Positions 1-24,068 of a DNA stretch of 38,536 nt are shown one piece after another. Source of the stretch: Macrostomum lignano (taxonomy: Eukaryota). Positions within the stretch are counted from its first letter, which is position 1. The number at the start of each line of letters is the position of its first letter. The translations under genes were made by a program, and so were the position numbers. Where the stretch lies: contig NIVC01004669.1 of assembly GCA_002269645.1 (NCBI GenBank), positions 1 through 38,536 of the forward strand. The letters run 5' to 3'. Below the pieces are notes generated by a model. The model was not told the DNA's origin, ran no database searches, and saw only the letters and a list, made by a program, of their open reading frames with translations.

Positions 1-952
1 GAATGTACATAGGCTAGCCAATAAAGGATATGTACATAGGCTAGCCAATATATAAGAATGTACATAGGCTAGCAAATATTAGAATAGTACATAGGCTAAT
101 CACACAAAGAATGTACATATTGGCTAGCCAAATATAAGGATGTACATAGGCTAGCCAAGTAGAAGAAGGTAGGTAGAACTATCAAAATAAGAATGTAAAT
201 ATAGGCTATCCAAATATAAGAATGTACAGAGGCTAGCCGATATAAAGAATGTACATTTTTTTATTAGAGGCAGGGGGGTTGTGTGCACCCTGGCGCACTT
301 TAAGCGGCATAGGCACAAACCGGCGAGAGGCATTACTGCCCATTCCGCCGACTCCCCTGAGCAGGCATACAACCGCGCGGATACGTACGCAGGCACACAA
401 AATCACAGGAGTGTACAGCGCGCCCTAACTTTATATTATCGTTAGGCATGTACACTTCACTGCGCCTTGTGGGGGTTTGGCTCTCAAGGCCGTTAATTGC
501 ACGAGCAGAGCCAAGCCGAGATTCCAATTCAGCCCCAAATTAATGTGACTGCACTTGGAATCGAGCCTGGGTCGCTCGCACACCAGAGTCTGCGCTAGAC
601 CGCGGCTACGGCCCCCTTTAAATAATGTACATAGGCTAGCCAATAAAAGAATGTACATAGGCTAGCGAATAAAAGAATGTACATAGGCTAGCCAATAAAA
701 GAATGTACATAGGCTAGCCAATAAAATAATGTACGTAGGCTAGCCAATAAAAGAATGTACATAGGCTAGCCATATAAAGAATGTACATAGGCTAGCCAAT
801 GAAAGAATGTGCATAGGCTAGCCAATAAAAGAATGTACATAGGCTAGCAATAAAAGAATGTACATAGGCTAGCCAATAAAAGAATGTACATAGGCTAGCC
901 AATAAAAGAATGTACATAGGCTAGCCAATAAAAGAATTTACATAGGCTAGAT
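1..952. repeat. Minisatellite, ~26-bp unit GAATGTACATAGGCTAGCCAATAAAA, interrupted by a SINE at 256-616
   Basis: Directly visible tandem units at 1-255 (more diverged) and 625-952 (near identical). Confidence 0.95.
256..616 (-). mobile_element. tRNA-derived SINE
   Basis: Minus strand starts GGGGGCCGTAGCCGCGGTC (A-box-like, 598-608), has B-box GGCTCGATTCC (557-567), a unique body and an AATAAAAAAA tail. Flanks TATAAAGAATGTACAT (241-256) and TTTAAATAATGTACAT (617-632) resemble a target-site duplication, though both derive from the host repeat. Confidence 0.65.
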
Positions 953-1029
953 AGACAAGAGAAATGAGACTGGCTGGCCGATAAAAGCAAACGTACATTT
1001 AACGCAGGCTTAACTTACGGAATAAAGAT

Positions 1030-1035
1030 TTTATT
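1030..1035 (-). terminator. Putative polyadenylation signal AATAAA of the KY/hillarin-like gene
   Basis: AATAAA on the minus strand about 65 nt downstream of the inferred TGA at 1100-1098. Confidence 0.4.
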
Positions 1036-1097
1036 ACCTTTAGGCTGGCAGAGAAAAAGCTAAGAGCCTATGAATGGCCTCGAGAGCACAGCATGAA

Positions 1098-13144
<12,047 letters not shown>

Positions 13145-13207
13145 TTTCAGCTGTTGTCGCTGAAATGTATATGTTGGCCTTGACAGGTGAAATGGTAAAC
13201 TGGCCAC

Positions 13208-13560
13208 AGGCAACACTGTCCATATTCCTTGTTGCCATAGGCAACACTGTCCATATTCCCGGTTGCCATAGACAACACTGTCCATATCCCCGGTTGCCAT
13301 AGACAACACTGTCCATATTCCCGGTTGCCATAGGCAACACTGTCCATATTCCCTGTTGCCATAGGCAACACTGTCCATATTCCCTGTTGCCATAGACAAC
13401 ACTGTCCATATTCCCGGTTGCCATAGACAACACTGTCCATATTCCCGGTTGCCATAGGCAACACTGTCCATATTCCCGGTTGCCATAGGCAACACTGTCC
13501 ATATTCCCTGTTGCCATAGGCAACACTGTCCATATTCCCTGTTGCCATAGACAACACTGT
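13208..13560. repeat. 31-bp minisatellite, 11 copies, each junction forming GTTGCC-ATA-G(G/A)CAAC
   Basis: Period 31 (13211, 13242, 13273 ...); 6 junctions are perfect GTTGCCATAGGCAAC inverted arms and 5 are GTTGCCATAGACAAC. Confidence 0.95.
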
Positions 13561-14161
13561 CAATATTCTCCGCTGCAGAAGTTATATAGGAAAAACTCCT
13601 GTGAGCCCTGTACCACAATAGAACATATTTACAAACAAACAGCAAAAAAATGCATAAAAATAATATATCGATAAGCTTACCTTGCAACAATGCTCTAACC
13701 AAGCCTCTTGACAATAACTGTTGCAGAGTTTAAAAAGTCAAAGCACAAGATAAGGAGAACCTGCTGTCAGACTGATATAGCTGGCAGACTATTATTTTTG
13801 ACGTCAATCAAATGCCAGTCAATTAGTGTTCATCAAAAACAATTCTTCCTCATATCTATAATTAAAATATTTCTGAACGACGCAAAGCATCCGTACATGC
13901 CTCAAACTCTTCCACTATTTGACTGCAGTCACCGCCTCTGAGCGTGCATGGGATATCCGCAGCCACATCTCCTAAGCTCTCTATCCCATCAACCCAATCA
14001 TGCAGCCTCTTCTAGACCGTCTCTTGCTACTCCTGCGCCTGCACAGCAAACTGGCTTTTGGGGCTTTGGGTTTTTTGTTTCATTTAGGGCTCAAGATTAA
14101 TACAACAATTGTGCAGTACGGCCGCGGGGCGTTACCAACCCCCCGCAATCTCATCCCCCAG

Positions 14162-14175
14162 GTTGCCATCGCAAC
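14162..14175. promoter_or_regulatory. RFX X-box-like motif GTTGCCATCGCAAC upstream of the KY-like gene
   Basis: One mismatch to the canonical GTTGCCATGGCAAC, about 1 kb upstream of the ATG. Function untested. Confidence 0.35.
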
Positions 14176-14316
14176 GGCCCACTGTCGGAAAAGGCAAGAG
14201 GGGATAGCGCGAAGAGAGGATAGAGAGGGGTTGGAGGAAGCGAGAAAACGGAAAAGCGGGACAAAGAGAAGCGTAGCTTTGCAAAATGGAATTCGGGTGG
14301 ATTCAGGGTGGGAATC

Positions 14317-14945
<629 letters not shown>

Positions 14946-15447
14946 GCCGCACACACACACACGAAGTTTAGCACAAGCCGGACATCTAGAGGGGTGTCAT
15001 CTGTTGGACAGCTCCATACCATCTGTAATTCTGACGAGTATCACCTGTCATAGTGCATTCTGTTAGTTAAAGTATCTAATTGCTTGGACATTCATAAACT
15101 GAGGCGAACAGGAACTCTGCTAGTTAAAAGTGACGCTTACGGGTGCACAGCGTCGGGTTTTATCCTGTGAGCTCTCATAATGACGCTTCGGAATAGTAAT
15201 ATTGACTGTTAAAGCTGAATGTTACGCTCCAAATCCAAACGTAAAATAGCTCGTAAATAAGTGCATGTAAAACTCTCATTGCTAATACTGTTAGTAGAGC
15301 CAGACGAGTAAAAATTAAATATTATATTTTAACTGCTAGACAGATTTTTAATTCCCAACGTCGTGAACTAGGCCGGGGCGTACAAATTTCCTATTAGAAG
15401 CAGATTACTGGTAAATTCATATTTGATGAAAATACGCATACTTTTCA

Positions 15448-16313
15448 CTATAGCATCAAATTCGCAGCAACTTCAGAGTCGCTCAGAGCTCTCTCTGACA
15501 CTCCGAAGCATCTCATGAAGCCCTCGAAGACGCGGTTGTGACCGGAACTGCGGCTGATGGCTCCGATCTGCACGCTGCTGCCGAAGTCCGCGCACGAGGT
15601 CGAAGCGGTGGCCGAGCCGCTGGTGGCCTGTCGAGTTCCGTTGACGAGGATCCTGACTTCCGGTTTCTGCCTGTCGTACACCGCGGCAATGTGGGTCCAA
15701 CCGCTGGCCGTGTCGGTGGGTCCTGACACTCGGACCTTGAATGCAACGGTGAACTCGACGTCGGTAGTTGTAGGATAAAGCCACAATCGAGTGTGGTATG
15801 AAGAAGGCATGGTGAGGCCCTCCAGCAGAGGCATCGAACCTCTCGCTGGGTTGGTGACCTTGACCCACACTGACATGGTGAAGCTGGTGAGACACACCGA
15901 AGTCAGCTGGTCAATGTTGAACCTCTCTGACACACCCGACTGACCAGTGAAGTTGACGGCGCTGTCCGTGTACTGCATCGGGATGTTCTCCTGCAGGTCG
16001 AGATGGCCGCTGTTCGAGACCGCATTGCGAGTCCGAGTGGCGTTGCTCATGGGCCAGAAGGCGACGAGGCCGAGCTGGCGCAGGGCGCTCCACGCCTGGC
16101 AGTCGGTGTCGTTCGTCAGACTGACGGTCTGGAGGCTGTCCGACATGTTGCAGACGCCTGCGCGGTGGCTCCAGGCGATGCAGGGACGACGGAGCTGAGA
16201 GCACAGGAAGGCGCACATGCGGGCGCTCGAGGCCGCCAGCGAGTGCTGTGCAGCTCGGCGTTCGCACCGATGCAGAAAAGCAGGCCGAGAAGCAGCGGCA
16301 GAAGCAGAAGCAT
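15448..16313 (-). pseudogene. Secreted PAN-like + LamG/ConA-like (Laminin_G_3) protein, copy 1, frameshifted
   Basis: The signal peptide MLLLLPLLLGLLFCIGANA (ATG 16313) is out of frame with the body because of a 43-bp deletion relative to copy 2. The body has CAFLC..C..C and FTMSVWV..WTHIAAVYD..ILVNG..QIGA..FEG..RALSDSEV. An upstream ATG (16368) gives the 306-aa ORF. Confidence 0.75.
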
Positions 16314-18555
16314 CGCAATCCAAACAAACATCGAAGAGGCAAAGTGAGACTGAGATTGTAGTCAGCAAATTTATCTTGGCTGCCTGTCAACATGCAGAAC
16401 TTTATTAACCATGCTCCACTCTTGTGCCCAGTTCTGGTAAATTGAACTACAGAATTTTTTCATGAAATCACTGAGCATGCAGAGTGCAATTTGCGCGGGT
16501 TTTTTATACTTAAAATGAGCCATAATGGATGGATTTAGAAAACATGGCTCGTATACTTTTTCTAAGGTCATGGATGATGCATGGCGGCAAAAGTGTTGCT
16601 AAGAAGCAAAAATATTTTTGGATGACAGCTGATCTACTTTCAGTAGCAAGATCGTGTTATGCCTTGTCAAAAACTAAAAACCTAAAGAGTTTCTATGTAT
16701 ATGTACGAACTTACTTAATATACCTTTAATATTATATGCTAGATAAGAACTCCACTGTAAGTGTATACACAAATAACTGAGTGAGAAAAGTGAAACCCAT
16801 CACCAAATTAGGTTGGCTAACACTTAGACAACTGTTTAATAATGATAACAGTTTATGGATTTGCTACACCATATTTTATTTAGTTATTAAGAATTTAATA
16901 AGAATTATTTCTTTACTTATTAAAAGATGCATAGTCAGTAAAATTATTGTACAGTTATAAAAATGTGAATGAACAAAGTTTTTCAAAATCAAAAGTTTAC
17001 TTTAATTCATAAATAAATGTTCCATTTTATTTTAATATTTTCTGTTACTAAAGAAGTTCAATGAGGTAAAAATGACAAATAGAATTCATAATGATAAAAT
17101 ATATCCAAGTTTTATCCTGCTTATATATTTTTTCCTATAAAAACAACTATATAATAACCATGAATAAAAGGAAATAATTAAGATGTTATCATTAGTAATG
17201 CGCAATTCATGTGATATAAAAATCGCCACAAAAAAATTTAAATAAAAAACCAACTAATCATTAGTCTAATGCTATAAAAACAACTTCTGTGAGTATAAAA
17301 ACAAGAAAGGTTAAGTTAGCAACGAACAAACCTTGAGTAGTGATACTGTAGTTAAAGGTCATTTAGAAACTTCTAAATAAAAACGTACATGTACATGCAG
17401 TGCAACTCTTGTCTTGGAGATGGGGGCGACAAAAACTTAGTTCAATCAGTGACAAATCATGGGATTGAATTCTCTCTAGTAAGAATTATTCCATATGCTT
17501 CTTTCATAACTGAATTATTTTAGTCAGCCATTTGCCTATTGGGTACATGAAAGCTATGGACCAATAAAAATTATCACGACGCGATAACTTTTAAAATTCA
17601 ATCTGCGACCTGCAAAATTAAACGTTTGTTGACATTGGCTCGTTGCGTTTAAACAAATGGAAGGATTTCATACATATTAAAAGAATTAATTGCACCTTAT
17701 ATGTTAGAAATATCGCTTTTTTATTTTAAATAGAGGAGTAAAAACATCATTAAAAATTAACGAGAGTACCAATCAACTTGTTTCTGAAATCGTCATAGCC
17801 AGCAGTCGCAAAGGCGCGCTGGCCTGCACCTACTTCAAAATCAACGAGCACCATAAGGATTGTCTTGCACTAAGGGCAGTTAGCCTGCTTGAGGCTCATT
17901 CACACAAATTAAGCCAATAATTTTGTGATCACACCTGCCTACATGTACATATTTTCATCCCTAGGGCTGTGAAAACGCAGTGGCGCGGTAGCTGTTTAGC
18001 ACCAGCCAGGCATCTATTTAGGGGGGGGGGGGTCACCTGTTAGGCAGCTGGTGCAAATCTTTCCTTCACGGATGCCACATGTTTGAGCGCATTCTGTTAT
18101 TACTCGTAGTAAAGTCTCTTTGCTTGGATATGTTGTACATGTGATATGTATATTATAAACTGAGGCAATATTGCTTACTGAACTTCTGCAAGGGAAAAAA
18201 ATGACAGTAACGCTTCTGATTGGTATAGTTGTATTTTAGTCCTTCAAATCTGAACTGTTTATTTAAAATCCAAAAAATATCGCGTCAATTGCACGTTAAT
18301 GTAGATGTAGATGTTTACTATGTAGATAGTAAAAATATCTGGAAATCTGCAGACAGCCGAAGTGACCGCGAAACAGACCGTACGTTATAGTGAAACACCC
18401 CTTGAATGCTGGTTCTGTAGCCAGCTGCTTACAGCAATGTAACTGACTTGCATTCAGATGGATAAGCTGTTGGTAGGAATGTTTAGAGACCTGATCGAGT
18501 ACATTGGACGTCTAACATTAGATTGAATCGTTTTCTAAGTCTGCTGGCACCCAGC

Positions 18556-19482
18556 TTAGCACAGCTGGTTTAAAGCGGCAATTTCAGAGTCGCTCAGAGC
18601 TCTCTCTGACACTCCGAAGCATCTCATGAAGCCTTGGAACACGCGGTTGTGATCGGCATTGCGGCTGACGGCTCCGATCTGCACGCTGCTGCCGAAGTCC
18701 GCGCACGAGGTCAAAGCGGTGGCCGAGCCGCTGGTGGCCTGTCGAGTTCCGTTGACGAGGATCCTGACTTCCGGTGTCTGCTTGTCGTACACCGCGGCGA
18801 TGTGGGTCCAACCGCTGGCCGTGTCGGTGGGTCCGGACACTCGGACCTTGAATGCAACGGTGAACTCGATGTCGGTAGTTGTAGGATGAAGCCAAAACCG
18901 AGTGTGGTATTAAGAAGGCATTGTGAGGCCCTCCAGCAGAGGCATCGAACCTCTCGCTGGGTTGGTGACCTTGACCCACACTGACATGGTGAGGCTGGTG
19001 AGACACACCGAAGTCAGCTCGTCAATGTTGAACCGCTCTGACACACCCGACTGACCAGTGAAGTTGACGGCGCTGTCCGTGTACTGCATCGGGATGTTCT
19101 CCTGCAGGTCGAGATGGCCGCTGTTCGAGACCGCATTGCGAGTCCGAGTGGCGTTGCTCATGGGCCAGAAGGCGACGAGGCCGAGCTGGCGCAGGGCGCT
19201 CCACGCCTGGCAGTCGGTGTCGTTCGTCAGACTGGCGGTCTGGAGGCTGTCCGACATTTTGCAGACGCCTGCGCGGTGGCTCCAGGCGATGCAGGGACGA
19301 CGGAGCTGAGAGCACAGGAAGGCGCACATGCGGGCGCTCGAGGCCGCCAGCGAGTGCTGCGGAGTCTGCGGCACCACGCAGCCGCCGAGCGAGATGCTGC
19401 TGTGCATGGTTCCATTGCCGCAGTGCACCAGGAGTGGCAGCAGCATCGCCGCAGTCAGTCCAGTTAAGATGCTGGAACTCAT
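18556..19482 (-). pseudogene. Secreted PAN-like + LamG/ConA-like protein, copy 2, premature stop
   Basis: 927-bp single frame with signal-peptide-like MSSSILTGLTAAMLLPLLVHCG. TAA at 18912-18910 where copy 1 has TCA (Ser). Body nearly identical to copy 1. Confidence 0.8.
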
Positions 19483-19946
19483 GCCTTGGTGACGCTGTAG
19501 ACTCGTTCTTGCTTTTAAATCAGTTTTGACAATTGCAATGCAGCTGCAGACTGAAGCTTCTCAGCAGCTTTTTGTATTTTAATGCTTTCCCTCCGCTCTT
19601 GTGTTGCTCTAGTTGGCTAAGGCTGCCTTTTTGAGCCTGAATCTCCCATTGGAGAAAAATGAGGAAGAAAATGAGCCAGCCTCCCAATTGAGTTGCTTGG
19701 CGAGTTCAAACTCGCTGTCTGAATGACAGAAATTTCGTCTGAAGACAGTGGCCGGCTACCATGACACAGCGAATGCAGTAATAGTGAAATTCTGGTCAGG
19801 ACCCAGAGTCCTGCTCGAATTCTTAAGCCCAAGAATAAATGCATAACTGTTCTGTCGCCACCCTTTGTCAAAATTAGCTCGTAGCATGTAGCATGTAGGA
19901 AAGTATTTTAGCCTGTCGCAAACAATTCACCCTCAGATTAGCATTG

Positions 19947-20425
19947 ATTCACCCACTATTCACTCCCTGATTCATTCATGATTCACCCACTATTCACCCC
20001 CTGATTCATCCATGATTCACCCACTATTCACCGCCTGATTCATCCATGATTCACCCACTATTCACCGCCTGATTCATCCATGATTCACCCACTATTCACC
20101 GCCTGATTCATCCATGATTCACCCACTATTCACCGCCTGATTCATCCATGATTCACCCACTATTCACCCCAGATTGATCCATGATTCACCCACTATTGAC
20201 CCCTGATTAATCCATGATTCACCCACTATCCACCCCCTGATTCATCCATGATTCACCCACTATTCACCGCCTGATTCATCCATGATTCACCCACTATTCA
20301 CCGCCTGATTCATCCATGATTCACCTACTATTCACCGCCAATTCATCCATGGTTCACCCACTATTCACCCCCTGATTCATCCATGATTCACCTACTATTC
20401 ACCGCCAATTCATCCATGATTCACC
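19947..20425. repeat. 34-bp minisatellite ATTCACCCACTATTCACCGCCTGATTCATCCATG, ~14 copies
   Basis: Period 34 (19947, 19981, 20015 ...). Confidence 0.95.
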
Positions 20426-20789
20426 TTTTAATTTTCACCTCAATAATTTTCTTTCAAATTCCATTCGTACAGTGAGTGTCTGATTGCTCACACACAGCAG
20501 ACAATGTGAGACCGACAGGGACACTTCCCAGCAACACCAATGCAGCCAGGACTCACGTCCCACGATGCATAGGGGCTGCTGAGCACCGTCTCGTGGGATG
20601 AAGACCAGCAGCTGGTGAGCGAGCAGGTCCTTGGCAGCCAGTGCAGCGCAATGCAGCACATCGCTGGCTTGGCTGATGGAGGAGACGAAGAATTGCCGGA
20701 CTCGACCTCACGACTATAGCTTTTCGATCTACTTGACAGTACTACTGGCCTTACCTGCCCGACACTGGGATTTTACAGTCAAAATTTTG

Positions 20790-20965
20790 CTTGTCCCCGT
20801 CCCAGTCCCTGTCCTAGTCCCTGTCCCAGTCTCTGTCCCCAGTCCCAGTCCCAGTCCCAGTCCCAGTCCCAGTCCCAGTCCCTGTCCCTGTCCTAGTCCC
20901 TGTCCCAGTCTCTGTCCCCAGTCCCAGTCCCTGTCCCTGTCCCAGTCCCAGTCCCTGTCCCCAGT

Positions 20966-20998
<33 letters not shown>

Positions 20999-21505
20999 TG
21001 TCCCCAGTCCCAGTCCCAGTCCCAGTCCCTGTCCCAGTCCCTGTCCCTGTCCCAGCCCCAGTCCCAGTCCCAGTCCCTGTCCCAGTCTCTGTCCCCAGTC
21101 CCAGTCTCAGTCCCTGTCCCAGTCTCAGTCCCTGTCCCAGTCCCAGTCCCTGTCCCCAGTCCCAGTCCCAGTCTCAGTCCCTGTCCCCAGTCCCAGTCCC
21201 AGTCCCAGTCCCTGTCCCAGTCCCTGTCCCTGTCCCAGCCCCAGTCCCAGTCCCTGTCCCAGTCTCTGTCCCCAGTCCCAGTCTCAGTCCCTGTCCCAGT
21301 CTCAGTCCCTGTCCCAGTCTCAGTCCCAGTCTCAGTCCCAGTCCCAGTCTCAGTCCCAGTCCCTGTCCCAGCCCCAGTCCCAGTCCCAGTCCCTGGTCCC
21401 TGTCCCCAGTCCCAGTCCCAGTCCCTGTCCCAGCCCCAGTCCCAGTCCCAGTCCCAGTCCCTGGTCCCAGTCCCTGTCCCCAGTCCCAGTCCCAGTCTCA
21501 GTCAC
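20790..21505. repeat. (CCCAGT/CCCTGT)n hexamer repeat
   Basis: Direct; the minus strand reads GGGACT/GGGACA runs. Confidence 0.95.
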
Positions 21506-23088
21506 TGGCTTTTTTCCTTATACTCCTTGTACGAAAGTGTAATCTTTGTCAAACATTCTCCATATGGTGATAAATGAGATAAATTATAGTATTATGAAAT
21601 TAGGGGACTAGTGCTCGATATAACTTTCTCATCCCCATCACGATTGTAGGTTCAATTTAATAGTATTGATGAAGAAAGATCACTGTGAATGGAATTAACG
21701 AGACTGAGTTATTCTATTTGTACAGCCTTTGCGAATCCTACAAAAATAAAGTTGACGCGGACAGACAAAAATCCATGTGTTGATGGACAAACACAAGTAG
21801 GATTAAAGGTGATAAAGCTTTTAACACTTATTACTAGTGCAATAACGAATCAATCTAGGCAGTTTCATTATTTGGTAAAATCACATATAAATAATTTTAT
21901 TGGGTTAGCATAAAAGTTGAGTCAAAGTACTTACTATATAGGGCTTAGAGATTCGGCAGAATAAACTTAAATAGAAACTAAAGCTTAGAGACAGAAAGAA
22001 ATGCAAGGTTAAAGGAAATTTGAGCGTTCGTTGTGCCTAAGAATAAAAACAATAGTATCCAACACAATTGTGCCCAGCAGCGCAAGACGAAGCTCTTGGG
22101 GAGGAGCTGCGGGCACGCCCAGGACCGACGCCCAACCCCGAGTGGCGTGGCAACCGAGGGATGGACGCGCGGACCGCGGGCCGCACAAGAGAACAGCAAA
22201 AGAACTTGGACTGAACCTCTCCCAGATACTCCAACGCAACTAGAGTACTGTAAAACTGAGGAGCCTAACCGCCTAACCCTCGCCCCCCCCCGTAGCAACC
22301 ATATGCAGGTCTAGAGTTAGTTCTCATGCTCTGTTTGTATAAACCCTGCCATTGTTAACCATGTGGGATCCCACACCATAGACGGCATGGGACGAAATTC
22401 GATCTCTTCTACGATCCTTTTTTCTCAGGTTGCTTACACAATTCAGTCTGCAAGTTTTTTGAGTTCAAGTTTAATTACAGAAAATAGAGCCAACCGCGGC
22501 GATCTCAATTGTGAGACTACAGAGCACGGCAGAAGACATCGATTTAGTGGTAGACTGATATTAGTTCTTCTCATTTATCGGATTACTCGTATAAGTACAT
22601 ATAGTAAGCAGATTTACTTTTACTTTTACTAGTTAAAGGTACCGATGCATGCATGTACCGATGTACTGCGGCAATTTTTTTGTAATAAAATTTTCGAAAT
22701 GCTGTTATGAATCAGTGATTTTACGGGCATTCAATTCTGTAACGAGTGTCTAAAATACTATACAGCCTGCCGATCTGCCATTTATTACAAGACTGGATGA
22801 CACATTCGCTTCATTGCTGCGATACATGCCTGCTGTTTACTTTAATTCAGCTTTTTAGAAGCGTCTATATGACATGACAAGTTATACCACAAGATTTGTA
22901 CCTCTGTATCAAATACGCTCGTAATTAAGACTGGATAACTAACACGTCATTAAATATTTGTAGTTGAAATATTTTACACAGTAAAACATCTTACTAATAC
23001 CCGTCAATTAAGGCTTATCTTAAATAATTATATTTCTGAGCTTCCAAGTTAACACGATATGAGTAGGGGAAAAAGCGCAAATGAAAAT

Positions 23089-23637
23089 CTACTTGACAGA
23101 ACGCAGCCGCCACAGGCCGTCATTTAAACAGTGCACAGTCTCGATGCCAACTCCTTTGTTCTTGCTGGCAATCTCGTCCGCGCTCATCGCCGTCAAGCCG
23201 ATTGCTAACGCGTGCTGTTTGCCTTCGGCCATGACGGCAACAACTGTGCTAGCTGGCACCTGGGACAGCCGGCCGCCAGGCGTGGTCAGGCCCGGGCACA
23301 TCACATTGGACCCGTTCAGCAGGAATTTGATAGCGCCCTTGTCCGCCTGCATGTGCGGCAGCATGAACGGATATCTGTGCAGCAGTTTCAAGCTGGGATA
23401 CAGCGGCGAGTCGCGCTGCCTGAAGAACAGCACCTCGCCAGCCGGGTTGGCGTACAGCTCGATGTGCTCGTGGCATTTGACAACGCTGAGCGTTTCCTTC
23501 TTGGGTAGAATCTGGTCAACGTAATCTGCGCATCCCGGATACTGCGTCAGGATGGTGTTTCTGATACCCTTCTGGACACTGTTCTTGGCGTTGTTTACGG
23601 ACGAGATGTTCTCTTTGTCGTCGAATTTGCGAAACAT
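23089..23637 (-). CDS. MCTS1: Malignant T-cell-amplified sequence 1 / Tma20 (PUA-domain translation reinitiation and ribosome recycling factor), intronless CDS
   Basis: 182 aa: MFRKFD..SVQKGIR..KCHEHIE..LFFRQRD..YPSLKLLHRYPF..DKGAIKF..GSNVMCPGLT..AEGKQHALAIG..NKGVGIE.VH.LNDGLW. Preceded by CCTTCCCACAG|CC ATG. Confidence 0.97.
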   Translation of the reverse strand: MFRKFDDKENISSVNNAKNSVQKGIRNTILTQYPGCADYVDQILPKKETLSVVKCHEHIELYANPAGEVLFFRQRDSPLYPSLKLLHRYPFMLPHMQADKGAIKFLLNGSNVMCPGLTTPGGRLSQVPASTVVAVMAEGKQHALAIGLTAMSADEIASKNKGVGIETVHCLNDGLWRLRSVK

Positions 23638-23723
23638 GGCTGTGGGAAGGTTGCAGTGATTTGTTTAAATTATTATCAAGCAAGACTGAATATAAGTAGA
23701 AACGAAAGTAGTAAGTTCGTAGC

Positions 23724-23885
23724 TCTTAACGCTGCTACCTACACCTGCCTCCCTTTACACTGCTACCTACACCTGCCTCCCTTCACGCTGCTACCCTACA
23801 CCTGCCTCCCTTTACACTGCTACATACACCTGCCTCCCTTTACACTGCTACATACACCTGCCTCCCTTTACACTGCTACCCTAAA
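23724..23885. repeat. 28-bp minisatellite ACACTGCTACCTACACCTGCCTCCCTTT, ~5-6 copies
   Basis: Direct. Confidence 0.9.
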
Positions 23886-23916
23886 CCTGCGTCTTTAACA
23901 CTACTACCATGCTTGG

Positions 23917-24068
23917 GCGCAACCTAGGGATTCACCCGGCCGTTTCTATTGGCAACACACACATGTAAGCCGCTATTGGACGGAATAGTAGTCACGCGAC
24001 TGCTCTCAGCCAATAGCGACTTACATGTGTTGCCAATAGAAACGGCCGAGTGATTCCCAAGGTTGCGC
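23917..24068. mobile_element. 152-bp foldback/MITE-like element
   Basis: ~60-bp inverted arms GCGCAACCTAGGGATTCACCCGGCCGTTTCTATTGGCAACAC..CTATTGG / CCAATAG..GTGTTGCCAATAGAAACGGCCGAGTGATTCCCAAGGTTGCGC; no clear TSD. Confidence 0.65.

Noticed and set aside
18910-18912. Stop-codon readthrough or UAA reassignment in LamG copy 2
   Set aside because: TAA terminates this same gene at 18558-18556, UAA reassignment in flatworms concerns mitochondria, and the paralog has Ser (TCA), so a point mutation or error is simpler.
19947-20425. ATTCA sub-repeats phased at 11-12 bp as a DNA-bending or factor-binding array
   Set aside because: Most simply the triplicated ancestry of the 34-bp unit; nothing nearby supports a function.
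20435-20760. GC-rich segment with splice-donor-like sites (20553, 20754) and a short coding-like frame (VLHCAALAAKDLLAHQLLVF)
   Set aside because: No consistent acceptor or frame and no recognisable family; may be a TE or gene fragment.
20631-21542. 303-aa Pro/Ser/Gln ORF
   Set aside because: Hexamer repeat translation.
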